Of a stretch of 64,000 nucleotides of DNA, positions 56,401 through 64,000 are shown piece by piece. The stretch's first letter is position 1. The number at the start of each line of letters is the position of its first letter. The stretch is from Candidatus Woesebacteria bacterium. Its GTDB lineage: Bacteria > Patescibacteriota > Microgenomatia > UBA1400 > MFAQ01. The stretch is taken from positions 129,006 to 193,005 of the forward strand of contig DAOORK010000001.1 in the NCBI GenBank assembly GCA_035389185.1. The letters run 5' to 3'. Under the pieces are notes generated by a model. It worked only from the letters and a program-made list of their open reading frames with translations, ran no database searches and was not told the origin of the DNA. Position numbers and translations under genes: made by a program.

Positions 56401-58325
56401 ACACCTTCCAGCTGAGTGAAGATGGCGACAATGAAAAATTATTTTGTGATGCGTTAGCAGAAAACTCAGAGAGACTTGAACGTCAGAAAAATACACCTCT
56501 TAAAGTGATCATGGGAAACCCACCATATTCGGTTGGCCAAACTTCAGCAAATGACGCGTCACAAAATCAAAGCTATCCAAAACTAGAAAACCGAATCGGA
56601 CAGACATATGTATCTCAAATCACCGATAACACCCTCAAGCAATCACTATATGATGCATATATTAAGGCGTTCCGCTGGGCCACTGATCGCCTTGATAAAG
56701 ATGGTGGAATTATCTGTTTTGTTTCTAATGGAGCCTGGCTTGACGGAAAAGCTACCTCTGGATTTAGAAAAACAATTGAAAATGAGTTTACTAGTGTTTA
56801 TGTCTTTAATCTTCGAGGTAACCAACGAACAAATGGAGAAGAATCTCGTCGCGAGGGGGGGAAAATATTCGGAAGTGGCTCTCGTACACCGATTTCTATC
56901 ACACTACTAGTCAAAAATCCAAACAAACATAACGATAAAGCTGAGATTTTGTATCACGACATTGGAGACTATCTAAGTCGGGAAGAAAAACTGAAAATTA
57001 TATCTGATTTTAAGACAGTATCAAATCAAAAATTAGTCTGGAAAACGCTTAATCCAAACAATGAGGGAGATTGGATAAACAAACGTCATAGCATTTTTGA
57101 TACTTATGTAGAGCTTGGTTCAAAAGCTAAAAATAAGAACTCGTGCTTTGATCTGTATTCTGCTGGAGTTATTACGCATCGCGATGCATGGGTTTACGAC
57201 TTCAGCGAAATTAAGCTGGAAGATAAACTAACCAGAATGATTTCCTTTTATAACAGTGAGGCAAAAAAGCTGCAAGTGATGAGGCAAAAAAATCATAGAG
57301 TATCTGTCGAGAAAAGTGTTAATAAAGATTCTAAACTTATCAAATGGGATCGTAGGCTGTATGAACATGCTGATAAATCTGTAGTTCACACCTTTAATAG
57401 TGCTGATATTTATACAACGCTATATCGCCCATTCTCGAAACAACATTATTATTTCAATAAAAATTTAAGCTGGAGCAGATACTTACAACCGAAGCTATTT
57501 CCCTACCCCACGAGCAGTAATCTTGTGATCTGCACCACAGGACCAGGAGCAAACAAGGATTTTTCTGCATTAATGAGCAATGTTGTCACTGACTTCCATA
57601 CGTTAATGAATAATCAATCTTTTCCGCTATATTACTATGAAAAGAATGAACAAAATATTCCTTCTCTTTTCGATTTAGAAAAGAATAACGAATATAACAA
57701 GAGAGATAGTATAAGTGATTACGTTTTGCGTAAAGCACAAACACAATATTCTGATAATGAAATCAGCAAAGAAGATATCTTTTATTACATATATGGACTG
57801 CTTCATAGCATGGACTATCGAATTGAGTTTGCAAATGATTTAAAAAAAATGTCACCTAAAATTCCCCTTGTTGAAACAATAAGTGATTTCAAGAAATTTA
57901 GTAAAGCAGGTAGAAAATTGGGAGAACTACATGTAAACTACGAAAAAGTTCCCCCATATGAAGGTGTTAGGGTGAGCGGGACACAGCACAATAACTATCT
58001 TGTTGAGAAACTCAAATTCATTAAGAAGGGACAACGTGACACAATAATATTTAACAATCAAATAAAGATTGAGAATATCCCCGAAATTGCTTATAAGTAT
58101 GTTGTAAATGGGAAGAGTGCAATTGAATGGATTGTCGAGAAATATCAGATTAAAACGGATAAGGAAAGCGGAATAGTTAATGATCCAAATGATTGGGCGA
58201 AGGAAGTTGGAAATCCCAGATATATTCTTGATTTGCTTCTGAGTGTAATTAATTTAAGTGTTCAAACAGTGGACATTGTAAATAGCTTACCCAAGCTAAG
58301 TTTTGACACTGGGACAAAAGAATAA
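53463..58325 (+). CDS. Type ISP-like single-polypeptide restriction-modification enzyme (Mrr nuclease, SF2 helicase-like ATPase, gamma-class N6-adenine methyltransferase, target-recognition domain)
   Basis: N-terminus GQDVGIDLVA...IQCKCY (Mrr PD-QxK); LIMACGTGKTFT (motif I), VCDEAHRTTG (DEAH), QSVGRVMR (motif VI); DPFTGTGTF (methyltransferase motif I) then NPPY; 1620 aa. Confidence 0.7.
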   Translation: MTFNKILDRFRSESFSERDKGFKFERLIQAYLYTDPKYTHLQKIWLWGEFPFRSSFGGQDVGIDLVAKTFEGEYWAIQCKCYQEDNRINKEEVDTFLATSSRSFKDEQLAEIKFSHCLWVSTTNNWSSNANESLQNQNPPVTRINLSDLQEASVDWSKISEGMYGEKARTPKKQLKYHQKEALDKAINYFKNDNRGKLIMACGTGKTFTSLKIAEELTNHTGTILFLVPSIALLGQSLREWTSDAAEEINPIAICSDSEITKDKKKNEDTDTYSVVDLAIPASTNMRDILKQFEYFEMAKKKGLTVVFSTYQSIDVISQTQKRLESIGSKYQKFDLIVCDEAHRTTGVTISGEDESSFVKVHDNAFINADKRIYMTATPRLYGEESKRKAEETSAVLCSMDDEALYGKEIYRIGFGEAVERDLLSDYKVLILTLSENDVTPEVQKILQNPEHEIGVDDASKLIGCINAMSKQIISDKGTVNTNDPDPMRRAVAFTSSIKISKKITDSFNEIGETYAKSVPELKQQTLVNLNSKHIDGSMSATDRNELMSWLKAEPNDSQEARVLTNVRCLSEGVDVPTLDAVMFLSAKNSQIDVVQSVGRVMRKSPGKQYGYIIIPIVIPTDVKPEDALKDNDRYKVVWTVLNALRAHDDRFNAIVNKIDLNKNRPVQIIIGRPDPDGDGDPFNDSDESKKALKGSQLALQFDQLQNAIYAKMVQKVGDRQYWENWAKSVADIAERQIVRITKIVDEDDSAHMGFREFVRGLRKNINPSITEQQAIEMLSQHIITKPVFEALFEGYSFVSNNAVSISMQKALDAIETKAIEDVDAELLQGFYKSVRKRAEGIDNSEGKQRIIVELYDKFFKTAFPKLVEQLGIVYTPVEVVDFIIHSINDVLQNEFGRSLSDENVNILDPFTGTGTFITRLLQTGVIKHQDLERKYKGEIFANEIVLLAYYIAAVNIENAYHDLLKKDVYESFEGIVLTDTFQLSEDGDNEKLFCDALAENSERLERQKNTPLKVIMGNPPYSVGQTSANDASQNQSYPKLENRIGQTYVSQITDNTLKQSLYDAYIKAFRWATDRLDKDGGIICFVSNGAWLDGKATSGFRKTIENEFTSVYVFNLRGNQRTNGEESRREGGKIFGSGSRTPISITLLVKNPNKHNDKAEILYHDIGDYLSREEKLKIISDFKTVSNQKLVWKTLNPNNEGDWINKRHSIFDTYVELGSKAKNKNSCFDLYSAGVITHRDAWVYDFSEIKLEDKLTRMISFYNSEAKKLQVMRQKNHRVSVEKSVNKDSKLIKWDRRLYEHADKSVVHTFNSADIYTTLYRPFSKQHYYFNKNLSWSRYLQPKLFPYPTSSNLVICTTGPGANKDFSALMSNVVTDFHTLMNNQSFPLYYYEKNEQNIPSLFDLEKNNEYNKRDSISDYVLRKAQTQYSDNEISKEDIFYYIYGLLHSMDYRIEFANDLKKMSPKIPLVETISDFKKFSKAGRKLGELHVNYEKVPPYEGVRVSGTQHNNYLVEKLKFIKKGQRDTIIFNNQIKIENIPEIAYKYVVNGKSAIEWIVEKYQIKTDKESGIVNDPNDWAKEVGNPRYILDLLLSVINLSVQTVDIVNSLPKLSFDTGTKE

Positions 58326-58326
58326 T

Positions 58327-59757
58327 ATGGAATGGCTAGTCCTCATGGGAGGAGTTCTATTAGTCGGATATTTTCTCGGTAAATCAGATAAGTCTGGTAG
58401 AGAGGTTAGCACTCCTGATCCAGTCAAATCTGTACAATCAGGTCAATTTCCTAAGAAACTAAATGTTAAGCATGAGGAAATTGACAGCATTAATCTTAGT
58501 GATGAGCAATCTGAAATATTTAACTTACTAGAAACGACAAATAATGCTTATTATGTAACTGGAAAAGCAGGCACTGGTAAATCCATACTATTAAAATATT
58601 TTGTTACCCATACTGGAAAAAGAGTTGTTGTAGTTGCTCCTACAGGAGTGGCTGCTCTAAATATTGGTGGCCAGACAATACATTCACTTTTTAAGATGCC
58701 ATTTGATATCGATTTTAATGATATCAAGGTTGATTACAGAACCAGAGAGCTATTGAGAAATATCGATACGGTAGTTATTGATGAAGTATCAATGGTTCGT
58801 GCTGATTTGATGGAGGCAATGAATATTAAACTGCAAATATCCAGAGGAAATACTCTGCCGTTTGGTGATGTCCAAATGATAATGTTTGGTGATTTGTATC
58901 AATTACCTCCAGTCGTAAGTGATGGCGAATTACAAAGATACTTAAATCATAAGTTTGGTGGACACTATTTCTTTAACGCACCGTCAATAAACAAAGCTAA
59001 TCTGCAAACCTATGAACTTAAAAAAGTATTTCGGCAGAAAGATGCTGAATTTATAAGAATATTGGATGCCGTAAGGAGAGGTGTAATTAAAGAAATTGAC
59101 TTAGAGGCACTTAACGAACGTTCTCGTGCCGATAAACCTACTGATGGATATGTAACTCTGGCAGGAACAAATGAAACTGTGTCGTATATCAACCATAAAA
59201 ACTTAGATAAACTCCCTGGAGAAGAAAAGGTATATGAGGCTGAAATATGGGGAGATATCACAGAGAATTCGTTTCCAACTGAAAAGAAGTTGAGACTTAA
59301 AATTGGTGCTCAAATTATGATGCTAAAAAATGACACTGAGAAACCGAGGCGATGGGTAAATGGAACACTTGGCGTAATTACAAAATTAAGTCAAGACGTG
59401 GTTCGCGTAAACATTGATGGAGTTGAGCACACCATCACACCCGCAAACTGGGACAAAATTCAATACGAATACGACCCAGATAATCGAGAGCTAAACAAAA
59501 AAGTTGTAAGTTCTTTTAAGCAATTACCATTACGATTGGCTTGGGCTATAACAATCCATAAATCACAAGGGCAAACATATAAAACAATTGCAATTGATTT
59601 AACAGGTGGTGCGTTTGCTCACGGACAGACATATGTTGCACTCAGTAGATGTGTCTCGCTAGAAGGAATATATCTTAATGCTCCAATCAAGAAGGAGGAC
59701 ATCATTGTTGACCCTGACATTATTGAATTTATGAGCAAGGCGGTGGTACTTAATTAA
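58327..59757 (+). CDS. PIF1/RecD-like SF1B helicase
   Basis: VTGKAGTGKS Walker A, VVIDEVSM Walker B, C-terminal LAWAITIHKSQGQTY...VALSRC (PIF1 motifs V and VI); ATG 1 nt after the upstream stop. Confidence 0.7.
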   Translation: MEWLVLMGGVLLVGYFLGKSDKSGREVSTPDPVKSVQSGQFPKKLNVKHEEIDSINLSDEQSEIFNLLETTNNAYYVTGKAGTGKSILLKYFVTHTGKRVVVVAPTGVAALNIGGQTIHSLFKMPFDIDFNDIKVDYRTRELLRNIDTVVIDEVSMVRADLMEAMNIKLQISRGNTLPFGDVQMIMFGDLYQLPPVVSDGELQRYLNHKFGGHYFFNAPSINKANLQTYELKKVFRQKDAEFIRILDAVRRGVIKEIDLEALNERSRADKPTDGYVTLAGTNETVSYINHKNLDKLPGEEKVYEAEIWGDITENSFPTEKKLRLKIGAQIMMLKNDTEKPRRWVNGTLGVITKLSQDVVRVNIDGVEHTITPANWDKIQYEYDPDNRELNKKVVSSFKQLPLRLAWAITIHKSQGQTYKTIAIDLTGGAFAHGQTYVALSRCVSLEGIYLNAPIKKEDIIVDPDIIEFMSKAVVLN

Positions 59758-59795
59758 TAATAATTGGAATTGTTAAGACATTGGCGGTGCCGATG

Positions 59796-61313
59796 TTATT
59801 TCTTTACTTCAGGGTTAAGGAAGAATTCTGGACCTTGGGAATCGTAAAGGCTTTTGAGTTCCAGAATATATGACTTGTTAAGTAGGTAGGTACTGCCGTC
59901 TTTGACAGTTTCCCAAGTTCCCTCGTAGGTTTTTCGTATCTGTTCGCCATTGACCCACTCTGCCATGCCAAACATGACATAAACTAGATTTGGTTTGATT
60001 TCCTCAACACGGAACACCTCAACACTTATGACATTTGGGAAGCGAGCTGTCCACTCTGCATAGGTTGATTTGGTTTTGTAGGATGGACTCAAAAGATCGT
60101 AGCAACCCTGAGTGTCTCTGGCTTTTAGAAGATAGTAGTAGGCATAAACTGATGCCTTTGGTGATGCACCTGGCTCTAGCTTTATTTTTTTGGGTTCCTC
60201 TTTGGTAGCTAACTTTGCGGTATCTAAAGTGTCTCCACTAATAATTAGTGAAGTACCCGAAGTTGTCATTGTATTTATGCCGACAAAGTCACCACACTTG
60301 TCAAATACTGGTCCACCACTCATTCCTGATACTAGAGCTGAAGAGAATTGATAATATTCCGCCTTATCTTGTGGCATGACACGAACATCTACGTATCGAA
60401 TAGGGAGAACTGTTGGTGATCCCTTAATATCTGAACCCAATGGATAGCCAAATGATAGGAACTCTTCACCAGAAACCATTTTTGCCTTATTTCCATTAAC
60501 AACATACCCTGGCTCGTTTATATTTATTGTAATGATGGCAATATCGTAGTCTTTGGACATTTCTACCTTTGTAGGAGTAATGAACTCTCCTGTTGGAAGA
60601 ACTATTTTTGGAAAATCTTCACCTTCTACTACATGTCTATTGGTAATAACTGTAGTTTGGTCTATGAAGAAACCTGAACCCTCTGAATACGAGCCGATAA
60701 TCCTGACTACTTTTGGTGAAATCTTTGTCTTTGTGTCTTGGTATGAACAGAAAAATTTATCATATCCATTTAATTGAGAATACAGGCGGTATTCAAGAGT
60801 AGAGATGTAAAGAAGCGAAACCAAAAGAACAAACGAGAACATAAAGTACTGTGGTTTTTTGAAGATGAGCTTGAAGTAGGCTGGAATTGACAAGGCTATT
60901 ACAAATATACTCGCGAGTCCGATTGGAAGTGCAAGACTGAAGAAGTAACGATAATGATCCGCTGCTAACACAGAGGCATTTACGTCTGGAGAGGTGTAGA
61001 TGAAGGCTATAGGAATGGATATCAGCCCTACAATACCCAACGGGACTGAGAAAAAACGAGAAATTTTTCTGAGTAATTTGAAGGATATGATAAATAAGGC
61101 TATTGGGAGATAGAAATAGGCAAGAATTTCAAAAAAGTTATTTGACTCTTCGAAGTTGAAATTAGTTTTTGAACAGTACCACCAGAATATTAAATATACC
61201 CAGATGTAGAGCTTCCAATTAAACAGTATCCCAAAAAATCTACTGAGCTTGGGTCTAACTCCAAATTGAACCCGTAAAGATGTCCCTACTTTTCTTAATA
61301 TTCGTGATGTCAC
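59796..61313 (-). CDS. membrane-anchored trypsin-like serine protease (S1 family)
   Basis: Multi-TM N-terminus; catalytic triad context TNRHVV (His), DYDIAII (Asp), GMSGGPVF (Ser); extra C-terminal domain. Confidence 0.6.
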   Translation of the reverse strand: MTSRILRKVGTSLRVQFGVRPKLSRFFGILFNWKLYIWVYLIFWWYCSKTNFNFEESNNFFEILAYFYLPIALFIISFKLLRKISRFFSVPLGIVGLISIPIAFIYTSPDVNASVLAADHYRYFFSLALPIGLASIFVIALSIPAYFKLIFKKPQYFMFSFVLLVSLLYISTLEYRLYSQLNGYDKFFCSYQDTKTKISPKVVRIIGSYSEGSGFFIDQTTVITNRHVVEGEDFPKIVLPTGEFITPTKVEMSKDYDIAIITININEPGYVVNGNKAKMVSGEEFLSFGYPLGSDIKGSPTVLPIRYVDVRVMPQDKAEYYQFSSALVSGMSGGPVFDKCGDFVGINTMTTSGTSLIISGDTLDTAKLATKEEPKKIKLEPGASPKASVYAYYYLLKARDTQGCYDLLSPSYKTKSTYAEWTARFPNVISVEVFRVEEIKPNLVYVMFGMAEWVNGEQIRKTYEGTWETVKDGSTYLLNKSYILELKSLYDSQGPEFFLNPEVKK

Positions 61314-61379
61314 TGTAATGGTATTGTGTATCTTTCTGTATAAAATTACTAGAGGTTTGTTGTGCTTGAAGTGTAAGAT

Positions 61380-62465
61380 ATGGATATGTCCAAATACATC
61401 CTAACTAGTGATGGAAAGATTCATGTAAGAACTGATAACGTGAGCTTGCTTGATGTTGATGAGAAATTTGAAGAAGCTGCGAGATTGATAATATTGGAAG
61501 GAAGAGGTTCGGCGTCGATATTACAGAGAAGATTAGAGGTCGGGTATGCAAGAGCCGCGAGAATATTGGATCAACTTGAACAAGCAGGAATTCTAGGACG
61601 ATCCGAGGGGAATAAACCTAGAGAAGTGATTATTAGCTCTTTTGATGAATTTATAAAAAGTGATGGAAAAGAGGTTGGACCAGAAGAAGTATTTCCAGAG
61701 GATATTAAGAAGGAGTGGGCACCAAAAGAGATTGCAGATGCAGTTATGTCAAATCTACAGAAAGAAGCCTTATATGTGGAGGGAATAATGATTCCGGTGG
61801 GAATGGAGAAAAAGAGAATGATTTCTGCTTCACTGGACAATCTTGGTCATATCTATATTTTTAATAGCCCAATGTGTAACTCGATTGGACTACTTAAATC
61901 GCAACTGGAATTTCTAACTAATACATATAGCCCAGATGCACTTAAGCTGATTGTGAGTGATGATACTAGATTGTTTTCGAACTCTACAATTGCTGACTCA
62001 CCTCACATGCTGACTCCGGTAATTTATGACCAGAGCAAAGTCCAAAACGCACTTGGTTGGGTGAGTGCTGAGATTGAAAGAAGATTCCGAATTCTTCAAG
62101 AGACAGGTGTGAGTAGTTTTGACGCTTATGGAAAAACAGGGAATCCCCCACTGCCTAGAATTATTTGTGTTGTTAGTAGTACTTCTAGCAGACTGGCATA
62201 TAACGAAGATTGTCATTATGGTATTGAAAACATACTAAATTCTGGTCATTTGGTTGGTGTGCATTTGATTGTTGCATCGCCACTAATTGAGAGGAAGTTC
62301 TCTAAACTGATGACTTCGTTCCCCACAAAGATTATCTTTAAAACATTCTCTGCTTCACAAGCAGACTTGCTAGGAACTGATGATGCATTCGATCTGACCA
62401 GTGGTGATGAGTTTGTATTTGTACCGGCATATGGTGAGATACAAAAATTGAAAGTGAATGGATAA
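61380..62465 (+). CDS. FtsK/SpoIIIE-like protein with an N-terminal gamma domain and a degenerate (Walker A-less) motor domain
   Basis: EAARLIILEGRGSASILQRRLEVGYARAARILDQLEQAGILG matches the FtsK gamma winged helix; HLVGVHLIVASP...KIIFKTFSASQADLLG matches the FtsK motor C-terminus, but GxxGxGKS is absent and the Walker B region reads VVSSTSS. Confidence 0.55.
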   Translation: MDMSKYILTSDGKIHVRTDNVSLLDVDEKFEEAARLIILEGRGSASILQRRLEVGYARAARILDQLEQAGILGRSEGNKPREVIISSFDEFIKSDGKEVGPEEVFPEDIKKEWAPKEIADAVMSNLQKEALYVEGIMIPVGMEKKRMISASLDNLGHIYIFNSPMCNSIGLLKSQLEFLTNTYSPDALKLIVSDDTRLFSNSTIADSPHMLTPVIYDQSKVQNALGWVSAEIERRFRILQETGVSSFDAYGKTGNPPLPRIICVVSSTSSRLAYNEDCHYGIENILNSGHLVGVHLIVASPLIERKFSKLMTSFPTKIIFKTFSASQADLLGTDDAFDLTSGDEFVFVPAYGEIQKLKVNG

Positions 62466-63126
62466 AGGGATGTGGGACAAGTTGATGAATACAAATTGGT
62501 GGGAGAAATTTGTAAAGTTTGTATTTGAAGGATTGAGAAAATTATTAGTCTTGGTTGGCAATTTAATTGTTAAGATTCAAGCATTTGTTCATAGCGGTGA
62601 GTGGACGAAGAAACATTTGTCTTTTGTTAAGGAGGGAAATAAGTTCAAGTTTGTTGTAAAAAGTCATGACGATTTAGTTGATGAGGTGGAAATAGAGATA
62701 GCTAAGTACAAAGGAAAGAGATGGGGCAAGAAGTTCATTAAGTTTGTTTTAGAACAGGCATTGTCGGGGTGTAACTTTGTAGTAATTGAGAGCGACAATG
62801 TGTTTGTACAGTTTTGGACTGGGAAAGGCAGACTGGAGATGGATATACCTTTAGTAAAGGGAAATGGCTTGAGGAAGTACTACTACACCGTGATTGGATT
62901 ACTCACCGACATGAATTACTTTAAGTATCCATTTACTAGAACAGGTATTCCTACGATCCTCAAAGTGCCGGAACATTTTACTTTTCGAGTAGATGAGGAA
63001 GAAGGTTTTACTAAGGTAATTGGATATTTTGATAAGAGGACTGATCAGGCGGTTGAATTTGTGGATAGGTTGTTTAGGGAAGTTTATGAGGTGAAGAATA
63101 AGGTGCTGGAGATTAAGGTTGGGTAA
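62458..63126 (+). CDS. hypothetical protein
   Basis: 222-aa ORF overlapping the FtsK-like gene by 8 nt (co-operonic). Confidence 0.45.
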   Translation: MDKGMWDKLMNTNWWEKFVKFVFEGLRKLLVLVGNLIVKIQAFVHSGEWTKKHLSFVKEGNKFKFVVKSHDDLVDEVEIEIAKYKGKRWGKKFIKFVLEQALSGCNFVVIESDNVFVQFWTGKGRLEMDIPLVKGNGLRKYYYTVIGLLTDMNYFKYPFTRTGIPTILKVPEHFTFRVDEEEGFTKVIGYFDKRTDQAVEFVDRLFREVYEVKNKVLEIKVG

Positions 63127-63181
63127 CTTTGGTTGCTGGAATATACATCAAGTGGTTTTTTCAAATTTATATTTACTAAAA

Positions 63182-64000
63182 CTATCTACTAAAGGCATCT
63201 CTAAATAGTTTCCAGCACGCGTAACTTGTAAAATTATAAATTGCCCCTTTCAGTACTAGTAGACTAATGTTGCTTTCAACTTTGTGCATATCGCCAAAAT
63301 ATATTGAACTAAAATCATTATGAAAATCGCTGTATTTAACTGCCAATTCACCTTTATCTAATCCAGAATTGCTTGTTATACCCTCGATAAATTTAAGTAG
63401 TCCAGGTTTTTTCTCCTTTTTAACGATAGGAATAGCCATTGGAAGAAGTTTTTTGCCAATTTCTATTACATCAGCGCTTTTTCCAGATCCATCTCTTTGA
63501 CTAAGTGCTTCGACTACATGGAGACACCCTGATTCATAAAGTTCCTTAATTGTTTTTCTCCCCTTTATTTTTTCAGCTATTTCCTTTAGTCGGCTTTCGT
63601 TTGATATAAGTTCATCTTGTAAATCCTTAGCGTAGACCTGTTCTCTTGAAATAAAAATTGCTCTCACACACCGAGTGAATATTTTTCTGGCGAAGCTAAT
63701 ATGATTTAAATGTTCATCAGTTGAATTCCTACCTCTGTATAGAGTGTTAGGTTCCTCCTTTCCATGGACAATTTTTGAACGTTGTTCGTAAAAGTTTTTC
63801 ACCCAATGATTCATTTCTGGTGTTTCCCCCAACAATGCCATTATGTTTGATGACAATGTAGCCTGAATCGCTTCAGACGGTGAATTGAATAGTGCTTCAA
63901 AGGCAACTGCTAAACTAGTAAATCTTTCCAGATCATCGACCTCTGGATCAACCTTGAAAGATCGGTTAAACCAGTCAAACGCCCTAAGATACCGAGCAAT
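63182..64000 (-). CDS. hypothetical protein (N-terminus outside window)
   Basis: The reading frame stays open from 63856 to the window edge; the track start is an internal TTG. Confidence 0.45.
   Translation of the reverse strand: MARYLRAFDWFNRSFKVDPEVDDLERFTSLAVAFEALFNSPSEAIQATLSSNIMALLGETPEMNHWVKNFYEQRSKIVHGKEEPNTLYRGRNSTDEHLNHISFARKIFTRCVRAIFISREQVYAKDLQDELISNESRLKEIAEKIKGRKTIKELYESGCLHVVEALSQRDGSGKSADVIEIGKKLLPMAIPIVKKEKKPGLLKFIEGITSNSGLDKGELAVKYSDFHNDFSSIYFGDMHKVESNISLLVLKGAIYNFTSYACWKLFRDAFSR

Larger units (their letters stand above)
46000..64000. mobile_element. integrated phage-like, satellite-like or defence island next to tRNA-Lys/Glu (right end outside window)
   Basis: Large serine recombinase, terminase small and large subunits, ParB-methyltransferase fusion, Cas4/RecB-like nuclease operon, Type ISP-like R-M enzyme, PIF1-like helicase, degenerate FtsK; no capsid or tail genes within the window. 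Confidence 0.55.

Noticed and set aside
1-64000. CRISPR arrays, rRNA genes, IS elements with terminal inverted repeats and transposase
   Set aside because: No regularly spaced direct repeats, no 16S/23S/5S-like conserved stretches and no transposase-like ORF were seen anywhere in the window.

Overview
This window looks like a low-GC bacterial chromosome segment of roughly 46 kb, followed by an approximately 18 kb integrated mobile or defence island that runs off the right edge. The chromosomal part has short genes, frequent 4 to 8 nt gene overlaps, GTG/TTG starts and many bidirectional A-tract/hairpin/T-tract terminators. On its own that is consistent with a small-genome, possibly Patescibacteria-like organism, but this is inference only.

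Chromosomal housekeeping genes:
- Translation and RNA: rsgA, typA, secG, rsmI, a QNG1/DUF2419 queuosine-salvage homolog and a TrmH-like fragment.
- DNA repair and SOS: uvrC, uvrA, uvrB, lexA and ruvC/ruvA/ruvB.
- Central carbon and NAD metabolism: gpmI, eno, ppsA, a SIS-type sugar isomerase, a phosphohexomutase, nadE and a nicotinate phosphoribosyltransferase.
- Envelope and secreted proteins: a CPBP protease, a transglutaminase-like protein, a phospholipase D (PLD) family protein, a DUF2207 protein with a poly-Gly tail, a GH5-like hydrolase and a family-5 solute-binding protein.

Eleven tRNA genes were found by hand folding (Gly-TCC, Leu-TAA, Arg-TCT, Gln-TTG, Gly-GCC, Phe-GAA, Leu-CAG, Leu-GAG, Val-TAC, Lys-TTT, Glu-TTC). 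No rRNA and no CRISPR array were seen.

The most unusual signal is a family of about 130 to 150 bp structured elements inserted directly 3' of tRNA-Gly(TCC), tRNA-Gln and tRNA-Leu(CAG). Each ends in a 17 to 20 nt perfect copy of that tRNA's T-loop-to-3'-end segment. The three copies share a conserved core (GCCGGGGTCGAC ... GGTGAC) and hairpins whose stems covary. At the tRNA-Arg locus there is a tandem array of three about 189 bp pseudo-tRNA-Arg units, each with an insert of about 95 nt at the D-loop.

The 3' island lies next to tRNA-Lys/tRNA-Glu. It encodes:
- a large serine recombinase, terminase small and large subunits and a ParB-methyltransferase fusion;
- an operon of a Cas4/RecB-like TM0106 nuclease, a receiver-domain protein and a small protein;
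- a 1620-aa Type ISP-like single-polypeptide restriction-modification enzyme (Mrr nuclease, SF2 ATPase, gamma-class N6A methyltransferase), translationally coupled to a PIF1/RecD-like helicase;
- a membrane-anchored trypsin-like protease;
- an ATPase-dead FtsK homolog with the gamma domain moved to the N-terminus.

All calls rest on motif recognition by eye. No database searches were run.
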